Shown in pieces: positions 18,720 to 28,510 of a DNA stretch of 64,000 nucleotides; the first letter of the stretch is position 1, and each line of letters begins with the position of its first letter. Source of the DNA: Chloroflexota bacterium (GTDB lineage Bacteria; Chloroflexota; Dehalococcoidia; UBA2247; JAXHVC01); NCBI GenBank assembly GCA_034189315.1, contig JAXHVC010000224.1:281-64280 (forward strand), read 5' to 3'. The translations under genes were made by a program, and so were the position numbers. A model generated the notes under the pieces. The model did not search any database. It saw nothing but the letters and a program-made list of their open reading frames with translations, and was not told the DNA's origin.

Positions 18720-20078
18720 ATGATCATGGGGACAGAAAAAGTATCCCAGTATATCACTAATACCACTTACGATAAAATCCCCCCAGATGCGTTAGCTAGT
18801 GCAAAGCAAGCAATACTAGACTGCCTCGGAGTTACATTAGCAGGGTGCGATGATCCTGGTAGTAAGATCGTCACTGAATTCGCAAAAGAACAAGGTGGCA
18901 TAGCTGAAGCAGGTGTCATAGGGGGTGGTTTCAAAGTCCCAGCAGTAGAGGCTGCATGGGTAAACGGAACAATCGCCCATGCACTGGATTATGACGACTA
19001 TTCCACAGCATTCATGGCACACCCTACTGTCGCACTTCTCCCTGCAGCACTGGCTGTATCAGAGAAATCCCATCTATCAGGAAAAGACGTATTGCTTGCA
19101 TATATCGTGGGATTCGAAGTGGGGGCTGCTGTAGCACCCATTTGTGTTATGCAAAGCTATCTGCTGGGATGGCATTCGACTTCGGTAATGGGAACAATCG
19201 GTGCCGTCGCATCTTGTGCAAAACTGCTGAACCTTAGCGTTGAACAGACAAGCATGGCACTAGGAATTGCTTCATCCATGGCCAATGGTATGAAGGAAAA
19301 CTTTGGGACAATGACCAAACCACTACATGCTGGTAATGCCGCACGTAATGGTGTATTGGCAGCACAGCTTTCACAAAAGGGATTCACTGCATCCGAGAAC
19401 ATACTAGAAGGGCAACAAGGATTTTGTAGAATATTCGCTGGTGGAGCGGAGATCGATGGAGCAAAGATTGGAGAGTCAATAGGTCAACAATACACTATCA
19501 TTGGTGGTCTATCTATGAAACCCTATCCATCTTGTGCAGGTACGCATGCTACTATAGATAGTGCCGTTTATCTTCATGGACAACGAGAGATTAGAGCTGA
19601 GGATATCGAAGAGATCGAGATGAGGACAAGCCCAGGTGTGGCCACCGCATGCATTCACTCCAATCCTCAGACTGGATTGGAAGGTAAGTTCAGCAATCAG
19701 TATTGTGTGGCAAGGGGGCTTCTGGACGGAGAAGTTGGGCTCAGACATTTCACCGATGATATGGTGAAAGACCCCGTAATACAATCCCTAGTCCAAAAGG
19801 CAAAATATGCACATACCCCAGAGATGGGAGCATCCTTCGGTTCAGAAGTGGTTGTGAAATTCCGTGACGGTTCTACGGTATCCTATAAAGTCGATAGCCC
19901 AAAAGGTTTTATTACTAATCCAGTAACCATCGACGACACTATTGTCAAGTATAAGGATTGTGCTTCGTTAGCCCTTTCGAGTGATGACGCACAACGTTCT
20001 TTAGACCTTATCATGAACCTAGAGGACCTAGCAGACATAGGCACCTTGATGGATATTCTTGCTAAAAAGGCTAAGTAG
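18720..20078 (+). CDS. MmgE/PrpD-family protein (2-methylcitrate dehydratase-like)
   Basis: 452-aa ORF. The N-terminus ...YDKIPPDALASAKQAILDCLGVTLAG matches the PrpD fold. Confidence 0.85.
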   Translation: MIMGTEKVSQYITNTTYDKIPPDALASAKQAILDCLGVTLAGCDDPGSKIVTEFAKEQGGIAEAGVIGGGFKVPAVEAAWVNGTIAHALDYDDYSTAFMAHPTVALLPAALAVSEKSHLSGKDVLLAYIVGFEVGAAVAPICVMQSYLLGWHSTSVMGTIGAVASCAKLLNLSVEQTSMALGIASSMANGMKENFGTMTKPLHAGNAARNGVLAAQLSQKGFTASENILEGQQGFCRIFAGGAEIDGAKIGESIGQQYTIIGGLSMKPYPSCAGTHATIDSAVYLHGQREIRAEDIEEIEMRTSPGVATACIHSNPQTGLEGKFSNQYCVARGLLDGEVGLRHFTDDMVKDPVIQSLVQKAKYAHTPEMGASFGSEVVVKFRDGSTVSYKVDSPKGFITNPVTIDDTIVKYKDCASLALSSDDAQRSLDLIMNLEDLADIGTLMDILAKKAK

Positions 20079-20151
20079 CCTGCCACCTAGACCTAATGGC
20101 CAGGCTGACGTTCAGAGTATCTAGCAACGCTTGATGGAGGGGAGATAGAAA

Positions 20152-21747
20152 ATGGATGAAATAATGGAACAGAGAATCGCGGAGCTTAGGCGAGTCAAAG
20201 AAAGTGCCCTTCAGGGTGGTGGGCCAGCAAAAATCGCACGTCAAAAAGAACGCGGTAAGCTTCTTGCTCGTGAAAGACTTGAGATGCTTCTAGACCCAGG
20301 AAGCTTCAATGAATCGCTAATGCTCACAGGGCACATCCAGGGAGACGCAGGTGATGGCATTGTAGCTGGGTATGGGACAATTAATGGCAGACAGGTCTGC
20401 GTCTTTTCTCAGGATGCGACGATCCAGGGAGGATCAATTGGTAACCTCCATGGCTTTAAAATGACCAGAACCATTGAGAGAGCGTTAGAAATGAGAGTCC
20501 CTCTCATTTCACTAGGTGATTCACCTGGCTATCGAAATCCCAAAATGTCTCAACTACTTAGCAGTCAAGGGGCCGGGGGAATGGATGTCGGTGAAGAAAT
20601 GACTATGGCTACAGCTATAGGCGAAAAGAACATGTTCTTTGCCAACGTTCAAGCATCTGGCGTGATACCTCAAATCTCAGCTGTTCTCGGTAGTTGTGGT
20701 GGAGTATCTGTATACTCACCAGCACTCATGGATTTTATATTCATGGTAGATAGTATTAGCCATATGTTTATCACGGGACCTCGGATTGTTAAATCTGTAA
20801 TGGCAGAAGACCTCACTATGGAAGAGCTCGGTGGAACAAAGATACATTCCAAGCTCTCAGGTGTTTGTGATCGCAGGTTTAAAACCGAAGAAGAATGCTT
20901 CGCGAACATAAAGAAACTCTTGTCCTACCTCCCATCCAATTGTGATGAATCTCCTCCATGGGTTAACACAGGTGATGATCCCAATAGGGTTGACGAAACG
21001 ATCCAAGACATCATGCCTGCCGACGCTAACAAACCCTTTGATATGCACCTCATAATTAAACGTATAGTAGATAATGGCGATTTCTATGAAATCAAGCCAG
21101 AGTTTGCAGGGGAGATGATAGTAGGTTTGGGCAGGCTAAATGGCCATGTCGTCGGAATCATTGCAAACCAACCTATGGTACGAGCAGGCAGCTTGACAGT
21201 AGATAGTTCGACCAAAGAAGCTCGGTTTATGAGGTTCTGTGATTGCTTCAACATCCCACTTGTGATGTTGGTTGATACTCCAGCCTACCAACCCGGATCT
21301 CAGCAAGAACAAGCAGGAATTATTCGACATGGAGCAAAGGTGCTCTATGCCCTCTGCGAAGCCACCGTTCCCAGAATCAGCGTAATATTACGCAAAGCCT
21401 ATGGAGGAGGCAACTTAGGAATGGGCTCTATACCAGGCATGGGAACCGACTTCATGTATTCATGGCCAACAGCGGAGATGGGCGTTATGGGAGCAGAACA
21501 AAGCGTAGACCTGTTCTTTGGCCCACAAATTGCCGCAGCACCAGATCCCGTTGCATTCAAACAGCAAATGGTAGATATGTATAAAGGCGTGATGGGTAAT
21601 CCCATATTTATGGCATCCTTCAACCCCTTCACCGAGGATGTTATCGAGCCTAAGGACACCAGAAGGATCTTGATAAGATCATTAGAGATCCTAAAGTCAA
21701 AAAAGATCTCTCGCCAACCCAAACGCCATGGCAATATACCCCTATAA
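20152..21747 (+). CDS. Acyl-CoA carboxyltransferase subunit (propionyl-CoA carboxylase beta / methylmalonyl-CoA decarboxylase alpha family)
   Basis: 531-aa ORF with two carboxyltransferase crotonase-like halves (ERLEMLLDPGSF...; ...ANQPMVRAGSL...AKVLYA). Confidence 0.85.
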   Translation: MDEIMEQRIAELRRVKESALQGGGPAKIARQKERGKLLARERLEMLLDPGSFNESLMLTGHIQGDAGDGIVAGYGTINGRQVCVFSQDATIQGGSIGNLHGFKMTRTIERALEMRVPLISLGDSPGYRNPKMSQLLSSQGAGGMDVGEEMTMATAIGEKNMFFANVQASGVIPQISAVLGSCGGVSVYSPALMDFIFMVDSISHMFITGPRIVKSVMAEDLTMEELGGTKIHSKLSGVCDRRFKTEEECFANIKKLLSYLPSNCDESPPWVNTGDDPNRVDETIQDIMPADANKPFDMHLIIKRIVDNGDFYEIKPEFAGEMIVGLGRLNGHVVGIIANQPMVRAGSLTVDSSTKEARFMRFCDCFNIPLVMLVDTPAYQPGSQQEQAGIIRHGAKVLYALCEATVPRISVILRKAYGGGNLGMGSIPGMGTDFMYSWPTAEMGVMGAEQSVDLFFGPQIAAAPDPVAFKQQMVDMYKGVMGNPIFMASFNPFTEDVIEPKDTRRILIRSLEILKSKKISRQPKRHGNIPL

Positions 21748-21805
21748 TTGGTGGACATCCTAGGAGCAATTTCCATCTAGTGACTTTGGCTGAAAGAAGA
21801 GAGCT

Positions 21806-22615
21806 TTGACTATGGATTTTGAGACTTTGTTCCTTAAGAAGGAAAATCATATTGCGACAATTACGTTGAATCGTCCTGCAAGACGGAATGCTCTTAATCT
21901 CCAGATGATCCAAGATGTTGTGGCAGCCTTAGATGATGTTCAGGCAGACGACAGCCTGAGAGTTCTAATAATAACCGGAGCGGGGAAAGGATTCTGCTCC
22001 GGTGCAGACATAGATCCTGCATCTATGGGTAGCGGGACCCCAGGACAAATGAACATTGAGACAATGCGTAGATCACCTATGATTCAATCTATGCATAAAC
22101 TCATTCTTGGTTTATACAAAGTGAAGATACCTACTATAGCCATGGTGAACGGATCCTGTGTTGGAGCTGGTTTCGAGATTGCACTCTTATGCGATATGAG
22201 GGTGGGATCAGAACATTCCAAGTTCATGTGTGGATTCGTCAAATTAGGGTTATATCCATTCTCAGGCACATGGTTATACCCTAGAGTCATGGGGCTAGCC
22301 AAAGCATACGAAATACTCTATACAGGTGATACTCTTGATTCCCAAGAGGCTTTCCGGATTGGTGTTCTTAACAAACTAGTCCCTGCCGATAGGTTAGAAG
22401 AAGAGACTATGACTCTTGCCAATAAGATAGCTAAAGGTCCACCTATAGTTATCCGGTTTATGAAGTCTCAAATACGACAGGCCGTTACCATGGACCTTGA
22501 GACAACCCTAGATGTAGCAGCTACCTATGAAGGGGTTATTTCCACTACAAGCGATCTTATAGAAGGCATCAGCGCACGCTTCGAAAATAGGGAACCGCAT
22601 TTCCAGGATATGTAG
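21806..22615 (+). CDS. Enoyl-CoA hydratase/isomerase (crotonase) family protein
   Basis: 269-aa ORF with ATITLNRPARRNAL and ITGAGKGFCSGADI (oxyanion-hole region). Confidence 0.85.
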   Translation: MTMDFETLFLKKENHIATITLNRPARRNALNLQMIQDVVAALDDVQADDSLRVLIITGAGKGFCSGADIDPASMGSGTPGQMNIETMRRSPMIQSMHKLILGLYKVKIPTIAMVNGSCVGAGFEIALLCDMRVGSEHSKFMCGFVKLGLYPFSGTWLYPRVMGLAKAYEILYTGDTLDSQEAFRIGVLNKLVPADRLEEETMTLANKIAKGPPIVIRFMKSQIRQAVTMDLETTLDVAATYEGVISTTSDLIEGISARFENREPHFQDM

Positions 22616-22636
22616 AAGGGCCTTTTTAAAATAAAA

Positions 22637-22666
22637 AGAGCCAACCCTAGGGTTGGCTCTTTTCTT
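22637..22666. terminator. Intrinsic terminator hairpin, bidirectional (A-run, stem, T-run)
   Basis: aaaaagAGAGCCAACCCtaGGGTTGGCTCTtttctt lies directly after the crotonase stop. Confidence 0.65.
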
Positions 22667-22906
22667 ATATCAAGCAGGTAATATAGGTAAGCGCTCAGGT
22701 TACTAAGGGAAGAAGCTTTGTTTCTCTTTGTAAACAACAACAACAACCGGGCGGTGTCGCCCGACCTGCGAAAAGCACAAAAAGCCCCCCATTGGTAAAT
22801 ACAAGATAGAAAAAAACCCGCTTAATCTCAACCCACAGTATATCTTAGAGATTATTCTCTCGTATCACTCAGTGAAAAATATGAGCCTATAGTTTGTGCG
22901 ATTTAC

Positions 22907-23140
22907 TCAGGGAACAGTCTTTCTATCAACTATAGGAGGTTTCTGTCCCGATAATTCCTGTACTTGCCGAGGATCTCCCTTGCCTATATATCGAGGGCAA
23001 TCACCAACATCCATCGATGACTGGGTTGGCCGAGACATCCAATATTCGCATCTCTCATCCTTCTCCCTCGTGACACAATCCCCCTTTGTAGGATCGTCTG
23101 GCAGAGGAAAGAAACTCTTACATTCTTCACAAGTTGCCAT
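22907..23140 (-). CDS. Small Cys-rich protein (77 aa), last gene of the radical SAM operon
   Basis: MATCEECKSF...GDCVTREKDERCEYW...GDCPRY with 5 Cys. AAGGGGA Shine-Dalgarno upstream. The start lies 6 nt after the preceding ORF's stop. Confidence 0.4.
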   Translation of the reverse strand: MATCEECKSFFPLPDDPTKGDCVTREKDERCEYWMSRPTQSSMDVGDCPRYIGKGDPRQVQELSGQKPPIVDRKTVP

Positions 23141-23146
23141 TATCTA

Positions 23147-23356
23147 TCATTCCCCTTTCTTTATTTTTTTTCCTAAGGCTTTCAAGCCCCAGGCACCTGC
23201 ATCGCCAACCTTCTCGTCCTCGGCAAATTCATCACACTCTGTCAGCTTCTCACACTTTGGACACTTCCGATAGCTCCTACGGAAGCCCGCTTCTACAGGT
23301 CCAATATACTTGAACTCTGCTCGAGATGCTTCATGGCCACACATAGCACATTTCAT
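23147..23356 (-). CDS. Small zinc-ribbon protein (69 aa)
   Basis: MKCAMCGH...RKCPKCEKLTEC: two CxxC pairs and a Lys-rich tail. A strong RBS (GGAGTTGAGGAAAG-ATG) sits 54 nt after the rSAM stop. Confidence 0.45.
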   Translation of the reverse strand: MKCAMCGHEASRAEFKYIGPVEAGFRRSYRKCPKCEKLTECDEFAEDEKVGDAGAWGLKALGKKIKKGE

Positions 23357-23410
23357 CTTTCCTCAACTCCCACACATGCTCTCTTAACAGAATACAAGCC
23401 AGCTCCCATC

Positions 23411-24370
23411 CTAGCCTCCCACAGTAACTTCTGCGGCATAGGGTTCAAATATCCCAAGTAGTTCAAGTAGCCGTTCCTCGTTATAACCTTCTCCTGCAGG
23501 GAATGGATAGTCTATACCAAACAACCTGTACTTAGCTCCAGCCCAAGGATGATATGGTAATAAATCAACACCTTGTATACTTTCGCCCAATGATTGCACA
23601 AATTGTGCTGTTGCAAGCAGGTTTTCATTAGTATCATTGATACCCGTAATGATCGGCACACGTATCCTGATCTTCTTCTTTCTCTCCGCCACTTTCTTAA
23701 GATTGTCCAGAATCAACTCATTACCTACCCCTGACCAATCTTTATGAGCAGCTGAATCCATATGCTTAATATCCCATAGGAAAAAGTCAATATAATCGAT
23801 CATTTTTTCCAAGGTTTCCCAAGGAGCATAACCACTAGTGTCTAAACAAGTATTGATTTCCCTTGCTTGGGCCGCTTGCAGCAAGCTCAACGTGAAATCT
23901 GGCTGAGCTAACGGATCTCCACCAGAAAGTGTCATCCCCCCACCAGAGTTCTTATAGAAAGGCTTATCCTTTTCTACCTCAGTAATTACTTCCCCCACCG
24001 TTACATATCTACCGTAAACCACCAGAGCCCTATAACGGCAAAAATCCGTACACTGTAAACAATACGTACAACGCCCCTTGTCCACACTTGGCTTGGTTGG
24101 TTCAGGTAGAGTAATCGCACCGGACGGACACTTTTCTATACAATCTCCACAACCAATGCAATTTGGATGGTATGGAAATACCTCTGGATTACGCCTAACA
24201 CCTTCCGGATTGTGACACCACCGGCAGTTCAGTACACATCCCTTGAGAAATACATTTGTTCGAATCCCAGGACCATCACAAAGAGAATAGAACTGTATAT
24301 TGGTTATTATCCCTATTTTGTTGTCTAGTTCATCAATTCTCGATGCCACGAGGATGCACCTCCATAGCAA
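23411..24370 (-). CDS. Glycyl-radical-enzyme-activase-like radical SAM protein (PFL-AE family with two [4Fe-4S] ferredoxin inserts)
   Basis: CDGPGIRTNVFLKGCVLNCRWCHNPEG (GPG.R plus CxxxCxxC), then CIGCGDCIEKCP and CTYCLQCTDFC ferredoxin motifs. 319 aa. The N-terminal 18 aa may not be translated. Confidence 0.8.
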   Translation of the reverse strand: MLWRCILVASRIDELDNKIGIITNIQFYSLCDGPGIRTNVFLKGCVLNCRWCHNPEGVRRNPEVFPYHPNCIGCGDCIEKCPSGAITLPEPTKPSVDKGRCTYCLQCTDFCRYRALVVYGRYVTVGEVITEVEKDKPFYKNSGGGMTLSGGDPLAQPDFTLSLLQAAQAREINTCLDTSGYAPWETLEKMIDYIDFFLWDIKHMDSAAHKDWSGVGNELILDNLKKVAERKKKIRIRVPIITGINDTNENLLATAQFVQSLGESIQGVDLLPYHPWAGAKYRLFGIDYPFPAGEGYNEERLLELLGIFEPYAAEVTVGG

Positions 24371-24513
24371 TCACCATAACTCCAATAGTCATGATAATAC
24401 AAACAACTCAGTCAAATGACAATAGAACTAGCCTTTGTAATAAAGTGTATCGGATATTACAAACCTAAAATCAGCCTAACGACTTTTATAAGGAGTTGAA
24501 TTCGTGAGGGTAT

Positions 24514-25458
24514 TTAGCCGCCTATAGTAGTCTCAATGCCATAAGATTGGAGGATTTCTACCACCGGGCCAACATCTTCTTTGGCCATACTCTTGATATC
24601 AGCATACTGCCAATCCAAACCCAACTGTTCATACTTGGATGCACAGTAATTATGGAACGGCAACACATCAACCGCCTCAACACTGGAACCCAACTCTTGG
24701 GCAAACTCCCCTAGGGCTTCAATATTTTCATCCGAATCATTAAACCCTGGAACAAGTGGCAATCGTAATCGCAATGTTGCGCCCTTAGCCGCAAGCCTTC
24801 TGGCATTTTCTAGTACTAGATCATTCGGCACGCCAGTTGCCTGGCGATGCATTTCAGAGTTCATGTGTTTGATGTCATAGAGGAATAGATCAACGTATTC
24901 CGAAAGTTTTTCAAGGTCTTCCCACTTACAATAACCACAGGTATCAACACATGTGTTAATACCATACTGTCTCACGCCCTTTAGTATCTCGATAACATCA
25001 TCTAGCCGTGTCGTAGGCTCCCCTCCTGATATCGTCACACCACCACCGGAATTAATATAGAAACTAAAGTCCTTTGCTGCTTCCTTTACTAATTCCTCCA
25101 CACTCCAAGGCTGACTTGCAGGAACAAGAGCATCATAAATACAAGCATCAACACACTTCATACACCGAGTGCAACGATCTCTATCAATCTTCTGATAATT
25201 ACTGCCCTCTTGTTGTGACTCTTCCGGGGGTATGGGTGCATATACCGCTTGCTCATCGCAAACCTCATAACAACGCCCACACTGAACGCACTTCATCCTC
25301 TTATAATATATTTCTTGGTAGGAATGAATACACTCTGGGTTATGACACCACCAACACCTTAGGGGACAACCCTTGATGAATACCGTAGTCCGTATTCCAG
25401 GGCCATCCTGAATCGACCACCCTTGAACATTGGTAATTAACATCGAGTGTTCGGACAT
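24514..25458 (-). CDS. Second glycyl-radical-enzyme-activase-like radical SAM protein (paralog)
   Basis: QDGPGIRTTVFIKGCPLRCWWCHNPEC, then CVQCGRCYEVCD and CTRCMKCVDACIYDA. 314 aa. Confidence 0.8.
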   Translation of the reverse strand: MSEHSMLITNVQGWSIQDGPGIRTTVFIKGCPLRCWWCHNPECIHSYQEIYYKRMKCVQCGRCYEVCDEQAVYAPIPPEESQQEGSNYQKIDRDRCTRCMKCVDACIYDALVPASQPWSVEELVKEAAKDFSFYINSGGGVTISGGEPTTRLDDVIEILKGVRQYGINTCVDTCGYCKWEDLEKLSEYVDLFLYDIKHMNSEMHRQATGVPNDLVLENARRLAAKGATLRLRLPLVPGFNDSDENIEALGEFAQELGSSVEAVDVLPFHNYCASKYEQLGLDWQYADIKSMAKEDVGPVVEILQSYGIETTIGG

Positions 25459-25631
25459 ATCTACCCCATCCCCTTCACACCATCAACTCAACTAAACGAT
25501 GTAGCATGTAGCTAAAGATACCATAATCCTAATTGCATGTCAAACTTATCCATCGTAGATTATGCTATTCTACCCTGTCTCAATTTGCTTCAGCAAATGA
25601 TACCTTATGTCATCACCAGTCTAGTCATTAT

Positions 25632-26927
25632 TTATAGATTCAACCTTCCTTGTAGCGACCATGGTCCTGTTCGATCAATTCTGATCCTTAGAATTTTCCC
25701 TAGACATTCATCTGGGGAAGAAAAGAACACAGGCTTATCGGATCGGCTTCTCCCATGCCATTTCCCCCCCTTAATTCCTTCTACCAGAACCTCTATTATG
25801 CTTCCATTTAGGAGATCGTTTAGTTCTTTAGCAATACCCGCTTGAATATCTTCCAACTCCTGCGTCCGTCGTTTCTTTTCATCAGGAGTAATGTCATCTT
25901 CCAACAAACTAGAGGCACTTGTGCCAGGTCTGGGTGAATAGGCTGCAATATGCACCATATCGAACCGGACCTCTTCTAGCAGCTCTCGCGTCCGTTCGAA
26001 CTGAATAATGCTCTCGCCAGGAAAACCAACAATTACATCCGTACTAAGAGCCACCCCAGGAATAACATCCCGGATCTCCTGTACGAGCCTACGATACTCC
26101 CTTACAGTGTAACCCCTGCGCATTCTATGAAGGATATCATCATCACCAGACTGACAAGGTAAATTGATGTGCTCACAGACCTTGTCAAGACGATTGATTG
26201 CCGTGATCAGTTTGTGACTCATATCCTTTGGATGGTTGGTAAGAAACCGTATTCGAGCGATACCCTCTATACCATTCAATTCACTCAGTAATCCTGCCAG
26301 GTCTGTACCAGATTCCAGATCATGCCCATAGGAATCAACGTTCTGCCCCAATAAAATGATCTCCATCGTCCCTTTCTGGACGAGATCATTAACCTCATAC
26401 AATATCTCACTCATTGGTCGGCTGATCTCGCTTCCTCTCCGATATGGAACAACGCAGTAGGAACAGAAGTTGTTGCAGCCTTGGATTATAGGTACGTAGG
26501 CACTCACCTGAGGGGATGATATGATACGAGAACCATCCGATGAAGGGAGGCATTGATCACATCCCCAATCATAGAGAGTCTGCCAATCCTGAGGTCGGAA
26601 GAAGAGATCCACATAAGGAAACCGTCGTTCTAAATCATCTACATCGGATCCAACGAGACAGCCTGTAACGAGTATTCTCGTACTGGGCCTCTTTTTCTTA
26701 AGCCCTCGCAGATAACCGATCCTATTTATGGCTTTATTCTCTGCACTTAGCCGTACAACACATGAATTTACAATGATTATGTCAGCTTCATCAATCCGTA
26801 ACGAAGGTTTGCACCCAGCTCCTTCAAAGTAACTGGCGATATAATTGGAATCTGCCTTATTCATCTGACAACCAATTGTCCAGATATGATAATATATCAC
26901 AGGATAGCCTTCACCCCTATAAAACAA
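25632..26927 (-). CDS. miaB: tRNA-i6A37 methylthiotransferase
   Basis: 431-aa ORF with the MTTase N-domain (HIWTIGCQMNKAD...), a radical SAM core (GCNNFCSYCVVP) and a C-terminal TRAM domain. Confidence 0.88.
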   Translation of the reverse strand: MFYRGEGYPVIYYHIWTIGCQMNKADSNYIASYFEGAGCKPSLRIDEADIIIVNSCVVRLSAENKAINRIGYLRGLKKKRPSTRILVTGCLVGSDVDDLERRFPYVDLFFRPQDWQTLYDWGCDQCLPSSDGSRIISSPQVSAYVPIIQGCNNFCSYCVVPYRRGSEISRPMSEILYEVNDLVQKGTMEIILLGQNVDSYGHDLESGTDLAGLLSELNGIEGIARIRFLTNHPKDMSHKLITAINRLDKVCEHINLPCQSGDDDILHRMRRGYTVREYRRLVQEIRDVIPGVALSTDVIVGFPGESIIQFERTRELLEEVRFDMVHIAAYSPRPGTSASSLLEDDITPDEKKRRTQELEDIQAGIAKELNDLLNGSIIEVLVEGIKGGKWHGRSRSDKPVFFSSPDECLGKILRIRIDRTGPWSLQGRLNL

Positions 26928-27133
26928 ATTGATTATTACACCGTAACTCCAGAACTCATTGTTTGTCAGGCAAACCCCGCCTGTCGTTGTGAGCGGAGCG
27001 AAGCAATCTCGCGTATTTCGTCACTTCGCCCTTCTGAGATTCCTTTGTCACTGGCGTTCCTCGCAACAATTTAAACAAGTTTGTTTTTACACAGCATCAT
27101 GCGAACGGAGCTAAGGGTATAATCGTATAAAAC

Positions 27134-27163
27134 AAAAAAGCCCCTATCGGTAGGGGCATTTTA
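27134..27163. terminator. Intrinsic terminator downstream of tRNA-Ser, bidirectional
   Basis: aacaaaaaaGCCCCTAtcggTAGGGGCatttt; in minus orientation the hairpin is followed by UUUUUUGUUUU. Confidence 0.65.
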
Positions 27164-27193
27164 GCATTATTATGAAACTAATAACGACCAAAG

Positions 27194-27283
27194 CGGAGGG
27201 AGTGGGATTCGAACCCACGACCCCGGATCAACGGGGTAACCGCTTAGCAGGCGGCCGCACTAGACCAACTATGCGATCCCTCC
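27194..27283 (-). tRNA. tRNA-Ser (anticodon GCU), class II with a long variable arm
   Basis: Reverse complement reads GGAGGGA-tc-GCAT...; anticodon stem-loop GCCGC-CUGCUAA-GCGGU. Long variable arm, GGTTCGAATCC T-loop, and a 7-bp acceptor stem pairing with TCCCTCC. CCA is not encoded. Confidence 0.85.
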
Positions 27284-27405
27284 TAATAGTTTGCTAATAT
27301 ATCATAGAATCACGGTACCTTCAAGATTCGTTAGCTCATTTTGAAATATTACCCCGATATAGGGTTATATATTTCCAATACTATAAGTAAGGATGGTTAT
27401 CGCCT

Positions 27406-28383
27406 ATGCATAAGACTGTCATGATAGGATTAGGTGCACTGAACGTAGACCATTTGTATAGAGTAGATCAGATTGTAACAGACGGGGAAACGGCCATACA
27501 AGAATACACCAAGTCCCCAGGTGGATCGGCAGCAAATACTACATATGGCCTTGCAAAGCTCGGCATTAGTAGTGGTTTCATAGGTGCGGTGGGGGATGAT
27601 GAAATGGGACATATGATCAAGGAAGATCTTGTTACCATAGGGATTGACACCAGTAGGATTATTACCAAACAGGGAGAACAGACTGGAATGGTTTTATGTC
27701 TCACTGATGGTAAAGGGAGACGTGCGCTCTATGCCTCACCGGGTAGCAATGGTCTACTCCAATGGAACGATATAGATATCACATATCTAAATCAGGCAGA
27801 CCTCATTCACATGTCATCATTCGTTGATGAGACACAGCTAGAGGTCCAAAAGCGATTAGCCAGCAGACTTACCCATAATACAAAGCTTAGCTTCGCACCT
27901 GGAGCCATGTATGTATCCCGAGGAATGGATAACCTTCTTCCAATTATGAGAAGAACCGATATCCTGTTCATCAACGAGGCCGAACTCAGGGATCTCACGG
28001 CATACGATATATTCGATGGTGCCAAGGCCTGCGCTAAAATAGGTTGTAATATCATTGTCATCACCCTCGGCGCAGGAAAGTTACTAGCAGATGATAAGTA
28101 CTATACCTGCTATATATATACCAAGGATCAGGATTTTTTCATAGAGGGTTTGGCTATACATAATGACAATGTTGTTGATACCACAGGAGCTGGGGATGCA
28201 TTTGCAGCGGGTTTTCTCTACGGCTTCATCCTACAACACGGTCTAAAATCATGCGGACAGTTTGGGAACATTGTAGCAGCTTCCTCGATTATGCAAATGG
28301 GAGGTAGGGCAGGTCTCCCATCACTACCTAGCTTCCATGAAGAATACACCTGTTACTACGGCCAACCACCTGAACAACACTGA
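27406..28383 (+). CDS. PfkB-family carbohydrate kinase (ribokinase-like)
   Basis: 325-aa ORF with MIGLGALNVDHLY...GGSAANT...DTTGAGDAFAAGF (PfkB signature). Confidence 0.8.
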   Translation: MHKTVMIGLGALNVDHLYRVDQIVTDGETAIQEYTKSPGGSAANTTYGLAKLGISSGFIGAVGDDEMGHMIKEDLVTIGIDTSRIITKQGEQTGMVLCLTDGKGRRALYASPGSNGLLQWNDIDITYLNQADLIHMSSFVDETQLEVQKRLASRLTHNTKLSFAPGAMYVSRGMDNLLPIMRRTDILFINEAELRDLTAYDIFDGAKACAKIGCNIIVITLGAGKLLADDKYYTCYIYTKDQDFFIEGLAIHNDNVVDTTGAGDAFAAGFLYGFILQHGLKSCGQFGNIVAASSIMQMGGRAGLPSLPSFHEEYTCYYGQPPEQH

Positions 28384-28510
28384 TCAGTATTATCCAATTG
28401 TTAGCATACTAGAATTGGCTATGTACACTGATAGTGTCCATCATGTACAAATTAGGGGACAACAACATTGTTGTCCCCCGTACAAAGGTCGTATTTCTTG
28501 GTAATAGCAG

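Noticed and set aside
22896-23273. 125-aa plus-strand ORF overlapping both small Cys-rich genes
   Set aside because: It is antisense to two tightly spaced, RBS-preceded ORFs that are co-oriented with the rSAM operon. It is Ser/Pro-rich low complexity and has no RBS.
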